A stretch of DNA of 56,058 bases, counting the filler, from Bipalium vagum (lineage: Eukaryota), in assembly GCA_037834085.1 (NCBI GenBank). It is 3 parts of 3 records of this genome, joined end to end, with 100 filler letters (N's around TTAATTAATTAA, not from the genome) between each part and the next. Parts side by side here need not be neighbours in the genome. Positions count along the whole stretch, not along the records: positions 38,628 to 56,058 come from JBBMKC010065764.1; 2 more parts are not named here. The stretch is one strand, 5' to 3'. The number at the start of each line of letters is the position of its first letter. The first letter of the stretch is position 1. This document shows positions 54,301 to 56,058 of the stretch, piece by piece. The notes under the pieces were generated by a model. It had not been told where the DNA came from. It made no database searches and saw only the letters and a program-made list of their open reading frames with translations. The position numbers and the translations under genes were made by a program.

Positions 54301-54479
54301 CGTTATTCGCACCATCGCCTTTTGTGATCCATGTACTTCTCGCACAAACACGCTAGTCCAATTTTGACAGGATTATGAAGATATTTGATCGACCCTTGAC
54401 TGCATGTTGAATAACAATAAACAAAATTTTAATAAACAAAAATTGTTTTAATATTCATTCAAACGCAATATTTAAATTA

Positions 54480-55360
54480 ACCTATGAATTCAAAGATTAC
54501 GAAAGTAGATGGCGAATTTTTCAAGATACTTGGAGATTGATTATTTATTTATCGAGCAAAATGAAAAGCTTAAAGTTTTATTTTCCTTGAAAGGGTTGAT
54601 GTGAATAAAGTGGCAAATATCAGCCACCTTTATATGACAGATCATTTTGAAATTTTTTAAAAAATTACTGGAGAATCAAGAGAGATGGAGTCAGGAAGCT
54701 GAAATCAAAGTTTGAAAAGTAAGCATCGTTTTATATGAAGAAAAGAAGTGAATGTGACTCTAATACCCGTGCCAGCTATGAAGATTTAACTTGCAATGTA
54801 AAGCTTACCTTATAAACGAAATGTTTGGTCATATTCTTGCATTTGAAAGAAAACTACGACTGTTGGAATACTGGCTTCAACATGAAAATTATGTGCATTT
54901 TCTATCCCTTCAAGAATGGATACCACAAAATGCAGAAATATTTAAAAATATTATCAAAGATCTGAAGAATGAGTTCTCATTTCGGTTTACTGACTTTCCC
55001 TTGCACGAAGATGAATTCAAACTTTTTGCTAATCCTTTTAATGTGGAAATATGTATACTGTATAAGAATGATTTCAAATGAGGTTGATTGACTTTTATGC
55101 AAAATACATTTGTTCTAATCATTATGATAACCCATGTTCTGTTGGAAAGTATCCTAACCTAGTGAGCCACGCAAAAAAGATGACATCTCTGTTTGGAAGT
55201 ACTTACTAATGTGAGCAATTATTTTCAAAATTGAAGGATACTAAAATAATTTGAGAACAAGATAAAACCGATAGCAATTGGAATAATGTTTTGTTGTTGG
55301 CATCGACAGGCGTTACATTCAATATTGCTTTCAGGTGACAAAGAACGACAGGCTTCCCAT
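54480..55360 (+). mobile_element. hAT (Buster/SPIN/GTF2IRD2-like) transposase relic
   Basis: AFERKLRL...HFLSL...LKNEFSFRFTDF...FANPF and KYPNL..HAKKMTSLFGSTY*CEQLFSKLK (hAT dimerisation domain). Confidence 0.8.
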
Positions 55361-56058
55361 TATTTAATCAAATTGTTGATTTTTGAATAAAATAGATTTT
55401 TAGAATACTGATTTTTGCCAACATATATAAACAACTATATATATGTAAAGCTAAAATACTTTAAGAGTTTTTATTATTTTGTTGATTTTAAACAATTTTT
55501 TTCTGGTAAGCTTCTTATATTATTTTTAGGAACCCCTCCGACCCATATAACCAAAATGTTGCCGACCCATGCGCTAGTCATAAGCTGGTCATTTATCGTT
55601 TGTGGTCAAATCATCCGGTTGGGAACTATTAAGGAATCTATCTATTTCAGCATTTTCACCAATCGCTATTGATTTTCTGTTTATTTTTCATCTTTTTCAT
55701 GATGACTTCTGTATCGGTCTGTCCTTCTAAAAAAAATTTACTTTATTGATATTTGTTTTTTATCAAATTAATCACCTATTTTTCCCACAACTCTCTAATA
55801 TAAATTTGAACTGAATTGGGTTGGTTGTTTAGGTATTAATGGTAATAATAAAATATTTTACCGGATTTGCCTTGAGAAATTGTTTGTTTGGGACCTTTCA
55901 TGCTTTTCGAGGCCCTTATTGATTTCCATAATGTTTCTGCTTTTTGTTGATTATCGTTTTATCATCTAGGGTTGTTTAATTTTGTTGGGTTAGCCAAGGA
56001 CACATCCTTGCCAACCCTTGTAAAGTAGAGGGTAGAAACCACAATAGGGTTTAAAATG

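Noticed and set aside
55500-56058. Possible LINE fragment at the window end
   Set aside because: Only vague peptide hints (PWLT, LWKSI) and no RT or endonuclease motif.

Overview
This is a very AT-rich eukaryotic (animal) genomic scaffold, not a prokaryotic locus. It has short GT-AG introns (44-53 nt) plus TE-filled long ones; the style is compatible with an invertebrate such as a planarian, but the taxon is only an inference. Reconstructed genes: (1) a 4-exon DDX5/DDX17/Dbp2-type DEAD-box helicase (minus, 4345-2453, about 534 aa) with an unusual DRYDRS-repeat N-terminus; (2) an intronless ankyrin-repeat gene (8395-9162); (3) a 3-exon Bsx/bsh homeobox gene (minus, 21972-20687); (4) a 4-exon, probably 5'-incomplete plus-strand gene (22593-29679) encoding a disordered tail with an RxLPxxP motif, two SPPPxPAP motifs and a C-terminal PDZ ligand (-SVV); (5) a convergent, 5'-incomplete minus-strand gene (38194-32507) with a Q/N/P/M-rich low-complexity C-terminus. 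Genes 4 and 5 appear only as fragments in the ORF track. The rest is mostly decayed DNA transposons (mariner, Tc1/Tc3, maT-like, pogo, hAT) and MITEs, including a nested maT-in-Tc3 insertion. There are also GC-richer non-coding islands and three assembly gaps, two carrying an artificial TTAATTAATTAA spacer. I found no rRNA, tRNA or CRISPR features and cannot support a clearly novel multi-gene system. The best leads are genes 4 and 5, the helicase intron, the Tc3/host read-through ORF and the DD36D element.
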